From Nitrospirota bacterium (GTDB lineage: Bacteria > Nitrospirota > UBA9217), in contig CAVVOB010000019.1 in NCBI GenBank assembly GCA_963749655.1, positions 64,001 through 128,000 on the forward strand: 64,000 bases of DNA, given 5' to 3'. Positions 63,879 to 64,000 of this stretch are shown piece after piece. Within the stretch, counting starts at the first letter, position 1, and each line of letters starts with the position of its first letter. The notes beneath the pieces are model-generated. The model searched no databases. It saw only the letters and a list, made by a program, of their open reading frames with translations, and was not told the DNA's origin. The translations under genes and the position numbers were made by a program.

Positions 63879-64000
63879 ATGAATATTCTTCGTTCAATTA
63901 TCATGACGGCGGCCCTCCTCGCGGGGGCCGCCTGCTTCTTTGTTCCCGATGCACGGGCCGGGTCCTGCTGCGGCGGGGGCTCGGCGGTGACCCTTGTACT
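63879..64000 (+). CDS. Exported protein, N-terminus only (mature start GSCCGGG)
   Basis: MNILRSIIMTAALLAGAACFFVPDARA-GSCCGGGS; runs off the window. Confidence 0.6.
   Translation, partial: MNILRSIIMTAALLAGAACFFVPDARAGSCCGGGSAVTLV

Overview
Bacterial chromosomal window from a GC-rich Gram-negative organism. The gene content resembles Nitrospirota/Desulfobacterota-type anaerobes (inference only). Many conserved genes are split by single-base frameshifts, most likely uncorrected long-read indels. In order: (1) a Kdo/lipid A/phospholipid operon (kdsD, kdsC, lpxL-like, pgsA, plsY); (2) a near-canonical XerCD dif site at 5961-5988, followed at once by an AT-rich island with a long hairpin region, a DUF3800-like gene and a restriction-endonuclease/ImmA-IrrE metallopeptidase fusion (candidate defence module); (3) hsp20-lon-lipA-GT2; (4) a selenocysteine formate dehydrogenase fdnGHI with in-frame UGA and SECIS; (5) htpX, tRNA-Gly, tRNA-Cys, dnaE, class I aldolase and signalling genes; (6) an integrase-less array of minus-strand cassette-like genes separated by six attC-like sites (about 35.2-41.7 kb), including a MazEF-type TA pair, an amidase homologue lacking its catalytic residues, and two 93-bp REP doublets where attC sites would be expected; (7) smr, mltD, CAP, a REP-associated tyrosine transposase with its REPs, ridA, relA/spoT, recJ, tatA, mobA; (8) a copper/redox cluster (CopC, CopD, NosL, ABC, SCO, cytochrome c fusion, a leaderless DUF2946-like peptide, split-Soret cytochrome, Met-rich lipoprotein) with no target cuproenzyme visible. 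All family calls come from motif recognition by eye, not database searches.
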